From Alphaproteobacteria bacterium (GTDB lineage: Bacteria; Pseudomonadota; Alphaproteobacteria; UBA8366; JADFVY01), in contig JBFIFO010000002.1 of the NCBI GenBank assembly GCA_041602815.1, forward strand, positions 1 through 58,832: 58,832 bases of DNA, given 5' to 3'. The notes under the pieces are model-generated. The model did not search any database. It worked only from the letters and a program-made list of their open reading frames with translations, and was not told the DNA's origin. This document shows, piece by piece, positions 19,925 to 33,980 of the stretch. The stretch's first letter is position 1; every line of letters begins with the position of its first letter. Made by a program: the position numbers and the translations under genes.

Positions 19925-21520
19925 GTGATGACCATGACACAGATGCACGTCGAACTGCTGGCTGTTGCCGATGCCGTTGCCCGCGACAAGGGAATTGAGC
20001 GTGAGCAGGTGCTGGAAGCCATGGAACAGGCGATCCAGAAGGCCGGCCGCTCGAAATATGGCCACGAACACGATATCCGCGCTCATATCGACCGTTCGAC
20101 CGGTGCGATCGATCTGGCGCGCTATACCGAAGTCGTCGAAGAAGTCGAAAACGAGATGACCCAGATGACGGTGGAGCGGGCCCGGCGCATCAAGCGCGAT
20201 GCGGAGGTCGGGGAATTCCTGATCGATCCGCTGCCGCCGATCGATTTCGGCCGGATCGCCGCGCAGACAGCCAAGCAGGTCATCGTCCAGAAAGTGCGGG
20301 AAGCCGAGCGCGAGCGCCAATACGAGGAGTACAAGGACCGGGTCGGGGAGATCGTCAACGGGATCGTCAAGCGCTTCGAGTTCGGCACCGTGACGGTCGA
20401 TCTCGGCCGGGCCGAGGCCGTGCTGCGCCGCGACGAGGTACTGCCGCGCGAGAGTTTCCGTCGCGGCGACCGCGTACGCGCCTATATCTACGATGTCCGT
20501 CGCGAGCAGCGCGGCCCGCAGATCTTCCTCTCGCGCAGCCATCCCGAGTTCCTTGCCAAGCTGTTCGCCCAGGAGGTGCCGGAAATCTATGACGGCATCA
20601 TCGAGATCCGCTCGGTCGCGCGCGACCCGGGCAGCCGTGCCAAGATTGCGGTGATTTCGAACGACAGCAGTATCGATCCGGTGGGCGCTTGCGTTGGCAT
20701 GCGCGGCAGCCGCGTTCAGGCCGTGGTCGCCGAACTGCAGGGTGAGAAGATCGATATCATTCCGTGGTCGCCCGATCCCGCGACGTTTGTCGTCAATGCG
20801 CTGGCGCCGGCGGAAGTCGCCAAGGTGGTGCTCGACGAGGACGCGCGGAAGATAGAGGTCGTCGTACCCGACGACCAGCTCAGCCTCGCCATCGGGCGGC
20901 GCGGACAGAACGTTCGCCTTGCCTCGATGCTGACCGGCTGGGATATCGATATCCTGACCGAGGAACAGGAGTCTGAGCGGCGCCAGGCCGAGTTCCACGA
21001 GCGGAGCCAGCGATTCATGGATGCGCTCGACGTCGACGACGTGATTGCCCATCTGCTGGTTACCGAAGGGTTCTCGTCGATCGAGGAAATCGCCTATGTG
21101 CCGCTTGAGGACCTGACCGACATCGAGGGCTTCGACGAGGAGGTCGCGGCCGAACTGCGCGCCCGCGCCGGCCAGTATCTCGAGGAGGAGGCCGAGCGCC
21201 TGACGCAGCGGCGTCGCGAGCTCGGCGTTGACGACGCCCTGGCCGAGATTCCGGGACTCAGCCCCGGCATGCTGGTGGCGCTTGGCGAGGCGTCGATTAC
21301 GTCCGTCGAGTTGTTTGCCGACCTTGCTTCGGACGAGCTGATCTACGGCGAGGAAGCCATTCTTCGCGGGTTCGATTTGACCGAGGAGGAAGCGAACGAA
21401 ATGATCATGGCTGCGCGTGTAGCTGCGGGTTGGTTCACGCACGAGGAGCTGGCGGCCATGAATGCCCAGCCCGAACCCGCCGTCGAAGGCGAAGAAGCTG
21501 CCGACAGCGTGGATGCCTGA
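19925..21520 (+). CDS. nusA: transcription termination/antitermination factor NusA
   Basis: N-terminal, S1 and two KH domains (IDPVGACVGMRGSRVQAVVAELQGEKIDII; LAIGRRGQNVRLAS) plus a C-terminal acidic repeat region. Confidence 0.94.
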   Translation: MMTMTQMHVELLAVADAVARDKGIEREQVLEAMEQAIQKAGRSKYGHEHDIRAHIDRSTGAIDLARYTEVVEEVENEMTQMTVERARRIKRDAEVGEFLIDPLPPIDFGRIAAQTAKQVIVQKVREAERERQYEEYKDRVGEIVNGIVKRFEFGTVTVDLGRAEAVLRRDEVLPRESFRRGDRVRAYIYDVRREQRGPQIFLSRSHPEFLAKLFAQEVPEIYDGIIEIRSVARDPGSRAKIAVISNDSSIDPVGACVGMRGSRVQAVVAELQGEKIDIIPWSPDPATFVVNALAPAEVAKVVLDEDARKIEVVVPDDQLSLAIGRRGQNVRLASMLTGWDIDILTEEQESERRQAEFHERSQRFMDALDVDDVIAHLLVTEGFSSIEEIAYVPLEDLTDIEGFDEEVAAELRARAGQYLEEEAERLTQRRRELGVDDALAEIPGLSPGMLVALGEASITSVELFADLASDELIYGEEAILRGFDLTEEEANEMIMAARVAAGWFTHEELAAMNAQPEPAVEGEEAADSVDA

Positions 21521-21545
21521 ACGATGGCACCGGGGATGACACGGT

Positions 21546-22160
21546 ATGCAGGCAGGTCTTCGCCATGATACGCCGCGTGTTGCGGCGCCCCGCGACGGGC
21601 ACGCGGCGCAACGCCGGTGCATTGTTACGGGCGAGGTGCGCCCGCGCGACCATCTGCTGCGATTCGTCGTCGATGCCGATGGCCGGCTGACCCCGGACAT
21701 TGCCGGGCGCCTGCCAGGCCGCGGAATATGGTTGAGCCCGGACCGCGATAGCGTTAAGAGAGCGCGTGCACGAAAGCTGTTCGAACGGGCGGCACGGCGG
21801 AATCTGCAGATCGAAAACGACCTCGACGATCGGGTCGAATCGCTGCTGGCGTCCCGCTGTATCGAGTTGATCGGGCTGGCGCGGCGGGCCGGGCAGGCCG
21901 TCGCCGGATTCGAAAAGGTCCACGCGGTGCTTCGCAAAAAGCGCGGTGCGCTGTTGCTGGCGGCCAGGGACGGCGCGCAGGATGGGCGCGACAAGCTGCG
22001 TGCCGTGGCGCCGGATTTGCCGCTCCTGGAATGCTTGGAGGCCGACGAGTTGGGCCGTGCATTCGGCCGTGACAGGACGGTGCACGCGGTTCTGTCGCGT
22101 GGGGCGCTGGCCGCGAAGCTGTTGATAGAAGCCCGGAGGTTGAGGGGCTTTCGTGCGTAA
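21546..22160 (+). CDS. YlxR (DUF448) RNA-binding protein fused to an L7Ae-like domain
   Basis: QRRCIVTGEVRPRDHLLRFVV ... GRGIWL (DUF448). Lies between nusA and infB as in most bacteria. Confidence 0.8.
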   Translation: MQAGLRHDTPRVAAPRDGHAAQRRCIVTGEVRPRDHLLRFVVDADGRLTPDIAGRLPGRGIWLSPDRDSVKRARARKLFERAARRNLQIENDLDDRVESLLASRCIELIGLARRAGQAVAGFEKVHAVLRKKRGALLLAARDGAQDGRDKLRAVAPDLPLLECLEADELGRAFGRDRTVHAVLSRGALAAKLLIEARRLRGFRA

Positions 22161-22181
22161 TGGCCGTGAACGAGGAATGGA

Positions 22182-24686
22182 ATGAGTGAGCGGAAGGAAA
22201 AAGATAGCAAGCTGACGCTGCGCAAGCCGGGTCGCCTCGAACTGAAGAAGACAGTCGAGGGCGGGCAGGTGCGCCAGAGCTTCAGCCACGGCCGCACGAA
22301 AACGGTTGAAGTCGAGGTCAAGAAGAAGCGGACCTTCGAACGCGAGGCCGGCGGCCGCATGAAAGCTGTGGAAAGGCCCGCTCCGGACCTATCTGCACCG
22401 GCAACGGACACGCTGCAGGAGGCGCGCGACCTGACCGAAAAGGAACGCGCCGCACGGATCCGTGCGCTCGAGGGGGCGGCCGCGGACGAGGAGCGCAAGC
22501 GCGAACTGCAGGCCAAGCGCGAGGCGGATGAAGTGGCGCGTCGGCAGGCGCAGGAAGAGGCGATGCGTCGTGCCGTAGAGGAGGAGGCGGACCGCAAGCG
22601 AGCCGAGGAGGAGGCGGCTGAGAGGCTTCGCGCAGAGGAGGAGAAAGCTCGCCGCAAGCCCGCGGAATCGCCGGCGCCGGCGCCGGTCGCCGAGCCGGAT
22701 GAGGAAGAGGAGACGGTTTCGCGGCGCGGCAAGCAGAAGCCCGAGAAACCCGCCCCGGCGCGCCCGCGTCAAGAGCCGCGGCGACGTGCGGGTAAGCTGA
22801 CCATCACCCAGGCGCTCGATGGCGACGACGAGGTCCAGCGTGGCCGCAGCGTCGCGGCGATGCGGCGCGCCCGCGAGAAAGAGAAGCAGCGCCAACGCGC
22901 GGCCGACGCAGATCAGCCAAAGAAGAAGGTCGTCCGCGAGGTCGTGGTGCCGGAGACGATTACCGTGTCCGATCTCGCCAACCGCATGGCGGAACGGGGC
23001 GCCGAGGTCGTCAAGACATTGATGAAGCTGGGCGTCATGGCGACGATCAACCAGTCGATCGACGCCGACACTGCGGAGCTGGTGGTGACGGAGTTCGGCC
23101 ACAGGATCAAGCGCGTGTCCGAGGCCGACGTCGAGATCGGCATCGAGGGTGACGAAGATCGGACCGAGCAAATGGCGCCGCGGGCGCCGGTCGTGACCGT
23201 CATGGGCCACGTCGACCACGGCAAGACGTCGCTGCTCGATGCGCTGCGCGAAACCGACGTCGTTGCCGGAGAGGCTGGCGGCATTACGCAGCATATCGGC
23301 GCCTACCGGGTTTCGCTGTCAGACGGCCAGCAGATCACCTTCCTCGATACACCGGGCCACGAGGCGTTCACCAACATGCGAGCCCGTGGTGCCCAGGCCA
23401 CCGACATCGTCGTGCTGGTCGTCGCCGCCGACGACGGAGTGCAGCCGCAGACGATCGAGGCAATCCGGCATGCGCAGGCGGCCAGGGTGCCGATGATCGT
23501 GGCCATCAACAAGATCGACCGGCCCGACTCCGATCCCAACCGCGTGCGCAACGAATTGCTGCAGCATGAGGTCGTGGTTGAAAGCATGGGCGGCGAGGTG
23601 CTCGACGTCGAGGTCTCGGCGACCAAGAAAACCAATCTCGACAAGCTGGAGGAGGCGATCCTCCTGCAGTCCGAAATTCTCGAGCTCAAGGCGAACCCGG
23701 ACCGCAGCGCCTACGGGACGGTGGTCGAGGCGCGCCAGGAGCGTGGCCGCGGTTCGGTCGCGACGGTGCTCGTACAGCGCGGCACGCTGAATGTCGGCGA
23801 TGTGTTCATTGCCGGCGCCGAGTGGGGCCGCGTGCGCGCCCTGATGGACGATCACGGCCGCAGTGTCGACAGCGCGGGGCCGTCGATGCCGGTCGAGGTG
23901 CTGGGTTTCCAGGGGACGCCCGCTGCCGGTGACGATTTCGTCGTCGTCGCGGACGAGGCGCGGGCGCGCGAGGTTGCCGCCTACCGCCAGCGGGTCGAGC
24001 GTGAAAAGCGCGCCGCGGCCAGTGCGCGCGGCACGTTGGAGCAGATGTTCACGCAGATCAAGGAGGGCACGGCCAGCGAGCTCCCCGTGGTCGTCAAGGC
24101 GGATGCGCAAGGTTCGGTAGAGGCTATTGCCGCATCGTTCGAAAAGCTTTCGACCGAGGAGGTCAAGGTGCGTATGCTGCACGGCGCGGTCGGCGGCATC
24201 ACCGAGTCCGACGTGACCCTCGCGCGAGCGTCGGGCGGCGTGATCATCGGCTTCAACGTGCGCGCCAACCCGCAGGCGCGCGAAATGGCCAAACGCGACG
24301 GTGTCGACATCCGCTACTACTCGATCATCTACGACGCGGTGGACGACATCAAGGCGATGCTCAGCGGCATGCTGGCGCCCGAACTGCGCGAGAATTTCCT
24401 GGGCTATGCGGAAATCCGCGAGGTCTTTAACATTACCAAGGTCGGCAAGGTGGCGGGCTGCTATGTCACCGAAGGTGTCGTCAAACGCGGTGCCGGCGTG
24501 CGGCTGCTGCGCGACGACGTGGTGATCCACGAGGGCCGTCTGAAGACGCTGAAGCGGTTCAAGGACGAAGTCCGCGAGGTACAGCACGGCTACGAATGCG
24601 GCATGGCATTCGAGAACTACGACGACATCAAGCAGGGCGATGTCATCGAGTGTTTCGAAGTCGAGGAGATCACGCGCGAACTTTGA
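22182..24686 (+). CDS. infB: translation initiation factor IF-2
   Basis: Charged Glu/Arg/Ala-rich N-terminus and a G domain ([29 protein letters not shown]). Confidence 0.96.
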   Translation: MSERKEKDSKLTLRKPGRLELKKTVEGGQVRQSFSHGRTKTVEVEVKKKRTFEREAGGRMKAVERPAPDLSAPATDTLQEARDLTEKERAARIRALEGAAADEERKRELQAKREADEVARRQAQEEAMRRAVEEEADRKRAEEEAAERLRAEEEKARRKPAESPAPAPVAEPDEEEETVSRRGKQKPEKPAPARPRQEPRRRAGKLTITQALDGDDEVQRGRSVAAMRRAREKEKQRQRAADADQPKKKVVREVVVPETITVSDLANRMAERGAEVVKTLMKLGVMATINQSIDADTAELVVTEFGHRIKRVSEADVEIGIEGDEDRTEQMAPRAPVVTVMGHVDHGKTSLLDALRETDVVAGEAGGITQHIGAYRVSLSDGQQITFLDTPGHEAFTNMRARGAQATDIVVLVVAADDGVQPQTIEAIRHAQAARVPMIVAINKIDRPDSDPNRVRNELLQHEVVVESMGGEVLDVEVSATKKTNLDKLEEAILLQSEILELKANPDRSAYGTVVEARQERGRGSVATVLVQRGTLNVGDVFIAGAEWGRVRALMDDHGRSVDSAGPSMPVEVLGFQGTPAAGDDFVVVADEARAREVAAYRQRVEREKRAAASARGTLEQMFTQIKEGTASELPVVVKADAQGSVEAIAASFEKLSTEEVKVRMLHGAVGGITESDVTLARASGGVIIGFNVRANPQAREMAKRDGVDIRYYSIIYDAVDDIKAMLSGMLAPELRENFLGYAEIREVFNITKVGKVAGCYVTEGVVKRGAGVRLLRDDVVIHEGRLKTLKRFKDEVREVQHGYECGMAFENYDDIKQGDVIECFEVEEITREL

Positions 24687-24725
24687 CGCCGGGTCGCGCC
24701 GCCGTCGTCGTAAGGGCAGGTCGTT

Positions 24726-25136
24726 ATGAGCAGAGGCAAGAGCAGGACGCCGAGCCAGCGTCAGCTGCGGGTCGGCGAAGAGTTGCGCCATGTGTTGGCG
24801 GCGATCCTTGCGCGCGGCGAGCTGCGGGACCCGGCCCTCAAGGATCTGTCGATCACAGTGTCGGAAGTCCGCGTCAACCCTGACATGCGGCACGCCACTG
24901 CCTACGTCATGCCTTTGGGCGGCGTCGGCGATGCGGCCGAAATCGTGACGGCGCTGAATCGTGCCGCCGCTTTCCTGAGCCACGAGGTCGGCCAGCGCAT
25001 CACCATGAAGTACACGCCCAGCCTGCAGTTTACGCTGGATACGGTGTTCGACGAAGCACAGCGCATCGATGCGCTGCTGCGGCAGCCCGGCGTGGCCCGC
25101 GATCTCAAGCGGCAGCGGAGCGACGATGGCGCGTAG
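24726..25136 (+). CDS. rbfA: ribosome-binding factor A
   Basis: QRQLRVGEELRHVLAAIL ... ITVSEVRVNPDMRHATAYV. Confidence 0.9.
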   Translation: MSRGKSRTPSQRQLRVGEELRHVLAAILARGELRDPALKDLSITVSEVRVNPDMRHATAYVMPLGGVGDAAEIVTALNRAAAFLSHEVGQRITMKYTPSLQFTLDTVFDEAQRIDALLRQPGVARDLKRQRSDDGA

Positions 25137-26052
25137 GCGCAAGGGCCGGCCGATTCACGGCTGGCTTGTCCTCGACAAGCCCGAGGGCATGACCTCGACG
25201 GCGGCGGTTGCCGCGGTCAAACGCCGGTTCGGCGCAGCCAAGGCCGGCCATGCCGGCACGCTGGACCCGTTCGCCACCGGGATCCTGCCGATCGCGCTGG
25301 GCGAAGCGACGAAGACCGTGCCGTACGTCCAGGACGGCGAAAAGCACTACCGCTTCACGGTGCGCTGGGGTGTTGCCACCGATACCGACGACCGCGACGG
25401 CACGGTGACCGCGACGCGCGCCGCGCGGCCTGACCGGGTGCAAACGGAGGCCGTGCTGCAGCGTTTTGTCGGCGAGATTGAACAGGTTCCCCCCGCCTAT
25501 TCGGCAATTCGGGTCGGCGGCCGCCGCGCATACGATCTCGCCCGTGACGGCGAAGCCCCGGCGTTGTCACCCCGAACCGTGCGGATCGCGATGCTGCGGC
25601 TGGCCGGGGTGCCGGACGCCGACCATGCCGTCTTCGAAGCGATCTGCGGCAAGGGCACGTATGTGCGGGCGCTGGCGCGCGATATCGCACGGGAACTGGG
25701 CACGGTTGCGCATCTAGTTGCGCTGCGCCGGACACGGGTGGGCCCGTTCGGCGAAAAACATGCGATTTCGCTGGACGAACTGGGTGAAACTATGCAATGT
25801 GCCGCCGCCCTGACGCATCTGCATTCGGTCGAGACCGCGCTGGACGACATCCCGGCCCTGGCCGTGACCGAAATAGAGGCGGGGCGTCTGCGGAACGGGC
25901 GGGCTATCTCCCTGTTGCGGAAAGCGGATCTGGACCGCATCGCCGTCCTCGAAAATGGCGATATGGTTCTGACCGTGGCGGACGGAAAACCCGTCGCCCT
26001 CGGCCGCTATACCGCCGGAGAGGTGCACCCGGTTCGCGTACTGAACCTATGA
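25126..26052 (+). CDS. truB: tRNA pseudouridine(55) synthase
   Basis: [13 protein letters not shown] and [16 protein letters not shown] (catalytic Asp). ATG 25126 overlaps the rbfA end. Confidence 0.9.
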   Translation: MARRRKGRPIHGWLVLDKPEGMTSTAAVAAVKRRFGAAKAGHAGTLDPFATGILPIALGEATKTVPYVQDGEKHYRFTVRWGVATDTDDRDGTVTATRAARPDRVQTEAVLQRFVGEIEQVPPAYSAIRVGGRRAYDLARDGEAPALSPRTVRIAMLRLAGVPDADHAVFEAICGKGTYVRALARDIARELGTVAHLVALRRTRVGPFGEKHAISLDELGETMQCAAALTHLHSVETALDDIPALAVTEIEAGRLRNGRAISLLRKADLDRIAVLENGDMVLTVADGKPVALGRYTAGEVHPVRVLNL

Positions 26053-26068
26053 AATCCTGGAGGATTTG

Positions 26069-26338
26069 ATGTCGATTACCGCCGAGCGGAAAAAAGAGCT
26101 GATCGAAAAGTTCGCCACCAAACCGGGCGACACCGGTTCACCGGAGGTCCAGGTCGCGATCCTGACCGAGCGGATCAAGAACCTCACCGACCATCTGAAC
26201 CTGCACAAGAAGGATTTCCACACGCGCCGTGGCCTGATCACCATGGTCGGCCAGCGTCGCCGCCTTCTCGACTATTTGAAGCGCAAGGAAGCCTCGCGCT
26301 ACGAAAACATCGTCAAGGAACTCGGGCTGCGTCGCTAG
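26069..26338 (+). CDS. rpsO: 30S ribosomal protein S15
   Basis: [15 protein letters not shown]...[35 protein letters not shown]. Confidence 0.95.
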   Translation: MSITAERKKELIEKFATKPGDTGSPEVQVAILTERIKNLTDHLNLHKKDFHTRRGLITMVGQRRRLLDYLKRKEASRYENIVKELGLRR

Positions 26339-26479
26339 GCCGCGGCCGTTTTGCGTGCGCCGCCGCGGGGCGGAGGCGCACCGGGCGGAACGGGATGGAA
26401 TGAGCCATGCCCGCCGCCGCAATCAACCCGCAGGCGCAATACGGCGACCTGCGCGACGGATGAAATAAAGGATATCGGA

Positions 26480-28696
26480 ATGTTCACAATCACCCGCAAG
26501 GAAATGACCTGGGGCGGCCGGCCACTGATTCTCGAATCCGGGCGTATTGCCCGGCAAGCAGATGGCGCGGTTCTCGTAACCTACGGTGGAACCCAGGTCC
26601 TGTGCACTGCGGTGGCGCAGAAGGCGCCGCGGGCCGGGGTGGATTTCTTCCCCCTGACCGTCAACTACCAGGAAAAAACCTTTGCCGCCGGCAAGATCCC
26701 CGGCGGCTTTTTCAAGCGTGAAGGCCGGCCCTCGGAAAAGGAGACACTGACCTCGCGCCTGATCGACCGGCCGATCCGGCCGCTCTTTCACGACGATTTC
26801 CGGAACGAGACGCAGATCATTTGTACGGTTCTGGCGCATGATCTGGAGAACGACCCCGACGTCGTCAGCATGATCGGAACCTCCGCCGCTCTGACCATTT
26901 CAGGAATTCCCTTCCTCGGCCCGATAGGCGGTGCGCGCGTCGGATATATCGATGGTGCTTACGTGCTCAACCCGCAGGCCGACGAGATGTCGTCGTCCGA
27001 CATGGACCTCGTCGTGGCGGGAACGAACGAGGGCGTCCTGATGGTCGAATCCGAGATCAGGGAGCTCGACGAGGAACTCGTGCTGGGCGCCGTGACCTTC
27101 GCGCACAAGGCGATTCGCGAGGTGATCGACTTCGTCATAGAGTTCGCCGAGGAGTGCGCCAAGGAGCCATGGCCCTTGCCGGAGCCTGCGGAGGGCATCG
27201 AGGCGATCGAAAAGCGCGTTTACGAGCTTGCCGAGAAACCGCTTCGCGAGGCCTACACAAAGACCGTCAAGCAGGAGCGCGTCGAAGCGGTCGCCGCCGC
27301 CAAGGAAGCGGCGCTGCAGCAACTCGAGGCTGAGGAACTCGATGTCGAGCTGGCCGTCGGCCTTTTCAAGAAGCTGGAAAAGGACATCGTCCGCGGCAAC
27401 ATCCTGAAGTCGGGCCTGCGCATCGACGGGCGCGACACCAAGACCGTGCGGCCCATCGTAGCCGAGGTCGGGGTGCTGCCCCGCGCGCACGGATCGGCGC
27501 TGTTCACCCGCGGGGAGACGCAGGCGCTGGTCGTGGCCACGCTGGGTACAGGCCAGGACGAGCAGATTATCGATGCCCTCGAGGGCGAGTACCGTGAGCA
27601 TTTCCTGCTCCACTACAACTTCCCGCCCTATTCGGTCGGCGAGGCATCATTCCTGCGCAGCCCGGGCCGTCGCGAAATCGGGCATGGCAAGCTTGCCTGG
27701 CGGGCGGTGCATCCGCTCCTGCCAAGCAAGGATGATTTCCCGTACACGATCCGGGTGGTCTCGGAGATCACCGAGTCGAACGGTTCTTCTTCGATGGCCA
27801 CGGTCTGCGGCGCATCGCTGGCGGTCATGGACGCGGGCGTGCCGGTCAGCCGTCCCGTAGCCGGCATCGCCATGGGTCTGATCAAGGAGGGCGACGATTA
27901 CGCGGTGCTCTCGGATATCCTCGGCGATGAGGACCATCTCGGCGATATGGACTTCAAGGTCGCCGGCACGGAAAAGGGCATCACCTCGTTGCAGATGGAC
28001 ATCAAGATCACGTCAATCACCGAGGAGATCATGAAGATCGCCCTGGCGCAGGCCAACCAGGGCCGGATGCACATTCTCGGCGAAATGGCCAAGGCGCTGA
28101 GCGGGGCCCGCGAGGAGGTCTCCGCAAACGCGCCGCGGATTACGATGTTCTCGATTCCGCGCGATAAGATCCGCGAGGTCATCGGGACGGGCGGCAAGGT
28201 GATCCGCGAGATCTGCGAGGTCACCGGCGCCAAGATCGATATCGAGGACGACGGCACGATCAAGGTCGCGGCTGTTGACCAGACGGTTGCCGACCGGGCC
28301 ATTCAGTGGATCAAGTCGATCGTGGCAGAGCCGGAAGTCGGCGAGATTTACACCGGCAAGGTGGTCAAAGTCCTTGATTTCGGAGCTTTCGTGAATTTCC
28401 TCGGCAGTCGAGATGGCCTCGTGCACATTTCGGAGCTGAGCGACGGTCGGCCGGCCACGGTCACCGAAGTCGTCAACGAGGGCGACGAGGTCAAGGTCAA
28501 GGTTCTGGGTGTCGACGACCGCGGCAAGGTGCGACTGTCGATGCGCGTCGTCGACCAGGCGACCGGCGAGGATATCACCGACAAGGTCGGCGCGTCCCGG
28601 CCGTCGGGCGGTCGCCGTGACGGTGACGGCGAGGGCCGCAGGGAAGGCGGCGAACGCCGCCGCAGCCGGCACCGGCACCGCAAGGAAGAAGCCTGA
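26480..28696 (+). CDS. pnp: polyribonucleotide nucleotidyltransferase (PNPase)
   Basis: [21 protein letters not shown] start, two RNase PH domains, KH and S1 domains, and an Arg-rich C-terminal tail. The ORF upstream of ATG 26480 is non-homologous. Confidence 0.95.
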   Translation: MFTITRKEMTWGGRPLILESGRIARQADGAVLVTYGGTQVLCTAVAQKAPRAGVDFFPLTVNYQEKTFAAGKIPGGFFKREGRPSEKETLTSRLIDRPIRPLFHDDFRNETQIICTVLAHDLENDPDVVSMIGTSAALTISGIPFLGPIGGARVGYIDGAYVLNPQADEMSSSDMDLVVAGTNEGVLMVESEIRELDEELVLGAVTFAHKAIREVIDFVIEFAEECAKEPWPLPEPAEGIEAIEKRVYELAEKPLREAYTKTVKQERVEAVAAAKEAALQQLEAEELDVELAVGLFKKLEKDIVRGNILKSGLRIDGRDTKTVRPIVAEVGVLPRAHGSALFTRGETQALVVATLGTGQDEQIIDALEGEYREHFLLHYNFPPYSVGEASFLRSPGRREIGHGKLAWRAVHPLLPSKDDFPYTIRVVSEITESNGSSSMATVCGASLAVMDAGVPVSRPVAGIAMGLIKEGDDYAVLSDILGDEDHLGDMDFKVAGTEKGITSLQMDIKITSITEEIMKIALAQANQGRMHILGEMAKALSGAREEVSANAPRITMFSIPRDKIREVIGTGGKVIREICEVTGAKIDIEDDGTIKVAAVDQTVADRAIQWIKSIVAEPEVGEIYTGKVVKVLDFGAFVNFLGSRDGLVHISELSDGRPATVTEVVNEGDEVKVKVLGVDDRGKVRLSMRVVDQATGEDITDKVGASRPSGGRRDGDGEGRREGGERRRSRHRHRKEEA

Positions 28697-28729
28697 TCGG
28701 GCAGCAGCGACCTCCGGTTGGAATAACGA

Positions 28730-28754
28730 GCGGCGGCCCGCTGGGTCGCCGCTC
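28730..28754 (+). terminator. hairpin between convergent pnp and fabI (possible bidirectional terminator)
   Basis: AGCGGCGGCCC / GGGTCGCCGCT 11-bp stem (one G-T pair), 3-nt loop, followed by CTTGCCGTCTTG. The T-tract is weak. Confidence 0.4.
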
Positions 28755-28801
28755 TTGCCGTCTTGCGTTGTCCTGAATACCGGCGCGACGCCCGCCTCCG
28801 G

Positions 28802-29599
28802 TCAGTTCGGCGCGGCCGCCATACCGATGATGTGATAACCGCTGTCGACATACATCACTTCGCCGGTAACGCCAGCCGACAGGTCCGACAGCAGGTAGAG
28901 CCCGGCCCCGCCCACGTCATCCAGGGTAGTGTTGCGGCGCAGCGGCGAGTTCTCACCCTGCCACTTGTACACGAATCGGGCACTGCCGACAGCAGCCCCG
29001 GCCAGCGTCCGCATCGGACCGGCCGAGATCGCATTGACGCGAATGCCGCGACCCCCGAGATCGCTTGCGAGATAGCGCACGCTGGCCTCGAGCGCCGCCT
29101 TCGCCACGCCCATGACGTTGTAGTTCGGCATGACCCGTTCGGCGCCGCCGTAGGTCAGGGTCACAAGGCTGCCGCCCGGGCCCATCAGCGGCGCGGCGCG
29201 TTGCGCCACCGCAGTGAACGAATAACAGGATATGTCCAGGGTCTGGGCGAAGTTGGCCCGGGTCGTATCGAGATACTGGCCCTTCAACTCCTCCTTGTCG
29301 GAATACGCGACTGCGTGAACGACGAAGTCCACAGCGCCCCAGCGCTCCTTCAAGACCCGGAACACTGCGACAATGGCGTCATCGTCACTGACATCGCAGC
29401 GCAGCAGGATCGGGTCGCTGCCAAGCGATTCGGCCAGCGGCCGAACCCGTTTGAGCAGCGGCTCGTCCTGATAGGTGAACGCGAGATCGGCGCCGTGCGC
29501 CGCCACGCTCCGTGCGATTCCCCATGCAATCGAGTGGTCGTTGGCGACGCCCATGATCAGTCCGCGCCGGCCGGCCATCAACCTTGCCCCTTGACTCAT
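28802..29599 (-). CDS. fabI: enoyl-[acyl-carrier-protein] reductase (NADH)
   Basis: GLIMGVANDHSIAWGIA and Y-x6-K (YNVMGVAKAALEASVRYLA). Start ATG 29599 is preceded by GAGGAA. Confidence 0.9.
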   Translation of the reverse strand: MSQGARLMAGRRGLIMGVANDHSIAWGIARSVAAHGADLAFTYQDEPLLKRVRPLAESLGSDPILLRCDVSDDDAIVAVFRVLKERWGAVDFVVHAVAYSDKEELKGQYLDTTRANFAQTLDISCYSFTAVAQRAAPLMGPGGSLVTLTYGGAERVMPNYNVMGVAKAALEASVRYLASDLGGRGIRVNAISAGPMRTLAGAAVGSARFVYKWQGENSPLRRNTTLDDVGGAGLYLLSDLSAGVTGEVMYVDSGYHIIGMAAAPN

Positions 29600-29663
29600 C
29601 GTTCCTCGCCTGCCCGCCAATGAAATGCCGCGGTGCGCGCGACCTGCGCGCGGAGTTTCGGGA

Positions 29664-30881
29664 TCATCCGGCGTAGCGCCGGAAGACGAGTGTCGCATTG
29701 GTGCCGCCGAAACCGAAGCTGTTCGACATCACGCAGTCCAGCGCGACGTCGTTCATCGTCTCGCGCACCACTGGCGCGCCCTCGATTTCGGGGTCAAGAT
29801 CGTCAATGTTGGCCGAGGCGGCGATGAAGCCGTGCTTCATCATGAGTAGCGAGTAGATAACTTCCTGAACGCCCGTCGCGCCCTGGGAATGGCCGGTCAG
29901 GGATTTGGTCGAGCTGATCGGCGGGATGACATCGCCGAAGACTTCACGCAGGGCCTCGATTTCGCGGGTGTCGCCGACCGGCGTACTGGTCCCGTGCGCG
30001 TTTATGTACCCGACCGGAGCGTTGAGCCCGGCCAGCGCCATGCGCATGCAGCGCACCGCCCCCTCGCCGGACGGCTGCACCATATCGAAGCCGTCCGACG
30101 TGGCGCCATACCCGACGACTTCGCCATAGATGCTGGCGCCCCGCGCGAGCGCATGTTCGAGTTCCTCCAGCACGACGACGCCGGCACCGCCCGATATCAC
30201 GAACCCGTCACGATTCTTGTCGAAGGCCCGGCTGGCCCGGGTCGGCGTGTCGTTGTACCCGGCTGACAGTGCGCCCATGGCGTCGAACAGCACGGTCAGC
30301 GTCCAGTGCAGTTCCTCGCCCCCGCCGGCGAACACGATATCCTGCTTGCCCCACTGGATCAGCTCCACGGCGTTGCCGATGCAGTGTGCACTGGTCGAAC
30401 AAGCCGAACTGATCGAATAGTTCACGCCCTTGATACCGAATGGCGTCGACAGGGTCGCCGAATTGGTGCTGCACATGGTGCGCGGCACGCGATAGGGGCC
30501 CACCTTTCGCACGCCCTTGTCCCGCAGCACATCGGCCGCCTCGACGAGATTGCTGGTCGACGGGCCGCCCGAGCCCATGACGATTCCGGTCTTCTCGTTG
30601 GAGATGTCCTTCGCATCCAGCCCGGCATCTTCGATTGCCTGCTGCATGGCGACGTAGTTGTAGGCTGCCCCGTCGCCCATGAAGCGGCGGATCTTGCGGT
30701 CGACCAGCGCATCGAGATCGATCTTGATCGACCCGTGTATCTGCGAGCGAAAACCCAGTTCGGCGTAGGTTTCGCAGAATTCGATGCCGGAGCGCCCGTG
30801 GCGCAGCGAGTCGGTGACCTCCTGCTGATTGTTGCCGATGCTGGACACGATGCCCAGCCCGGTCACGACGACTCTCCGCAT
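29664..30881 (-). CDS. fabB: beta-ketoacyl-ACP synthase I
   Basis: Active-site Cys ([12 protein letters not shown]) and His-His ([20 protein letters not shown]). Adjacent to fabA. Confidence 0.92.
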   Translation of the reverse strand: MRRVVVTGLGIVSSIGNNQQEVTDSLRHGRSGIEFCETYAELGFRSQIHGSIKIDLDALVDRKIRRFMGDGAAYNYVAMQQAIEDAGLDAKDISNEKTGIVMGSGGPSTSNLVEAADVLRDKGVRKVGPYRVPRTMCSTNSATLSTPFGIKGVNYSISSACSTSAHCIGNAVELIQWGKQDIVFAGGGEELHWTLTVLFDAMGALSAGYNDTPTRASRAFDKNRDGFVISGGAGVVVLEELEHALARGASIYGEVVGYGATSDGFDMVQPSGEGAVRCMRMALAGLNAPVGYINAHGTSTPVGDTREIEALREVFGDVIPPISSTKSLTGHSQGATGVQEVIYSLLMMKHGFIAASANIDDLDPEIEGAPVVRETMNDVALDCVMSNSFGFGGTNATLVFRRYAG

Positions 30882-30891
30882 CGTTACCTCT

Positions 30892-31407
30892 TCAGGAGCT
30901 CTTGGGCGCCGTGAACAGCGCCACGCGCATGTCTTTTGCCTCGTAGATCGGCTGGCCGTCGCATTTCAGGACGCCGTCGGCGATCCCCATCACCAGCTTG
31001 CGCATGATCACGCGCTTGACATTGATGTGATAGGTCAGCTTCTTGGCGGTCTTCAGAACCTGGTCCGAGAACTTCACTTCGCCGACGCCGAGCGCCCGCC
31101 CGCGACCGAGTCCGCCGACCCAGCCGAGGAAAAAGCCGACCAGCTGCCACATGGCGTCAAGGCCGAGGCAGCCGGGCATGACCGGGTCGCCTTCGAAGTG
31201 GCATTTGAAGAACCACAGGTCCGGCTTTACGTCCATCTCCGCGATCAACTCACCCTTGCCGTACGCGCCGCCCTCGTCGGAGATCTGCGTGATCCGGTCA
31301 AACATCAGCATCGGTGGCAGCGGCAACTGCGCGTTTCCCGGCCCGAACAGGCGTCCGTGCGCACACTCAAGCAGATCCTTGTAGCTGTAGCTGTGCTTTC
31401 TGTTCAA
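30892..31407 (-). CDS. fabA: 3-hydroxydecanoyl-ACP dehydratase/isomerase
   Basis: [34 protein letters not shown] and [27 protein letters not shown] start at 31407 gives the usual length of about 171 aa. Confidence 0.9.
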   Translation of the reverse strand: MNRKHSYSYKDLLECAHGRLFGPGNAQLPLPPMLMFDRITQISDEGGAYGKGELIAEMDVKPDLWFFKCHFEGDPVMPGCLGLDAMWQLVGFFLGWVGGLGRGRALGVGEVKFSDQVLKTAKKLTYHINVKRVIMRKLVMGIADGVLKCDGQPIYEAKDMRVALFTAPKSS

Positions 31408-31499
31408 AAGTCGTCCATCCGGTGGTTTCTGGCCCGTGCGGCCGCGCGCACGCCCCCCCAATATAGCAGTCAAACACTACAAAACAATGAGTGTGGCGG

Positions 31500-33980
<2,481 letters not shown>

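Noticed and set aside
19595-22732. 1045-aa minus-strand ORF antisense to rimP-nusA-ylxR-infB
   Set aside because: Same reasoning. It has low-complexity Ser/Arg/Ala-rich translation opposite four conserved genes and crosses their intergenic spacers, so it is a GC-driven artefact.
26339-26479. Structured rpsO-pnp spacer (GTGCGCC...GGCGCAC hairpin) as an RNase III autoregulatory site
   Set aside because: It is plausible by analogy with E. coli pnp, but the hairpins are generic GC stems and I cannot define the processing site from sequence alone.
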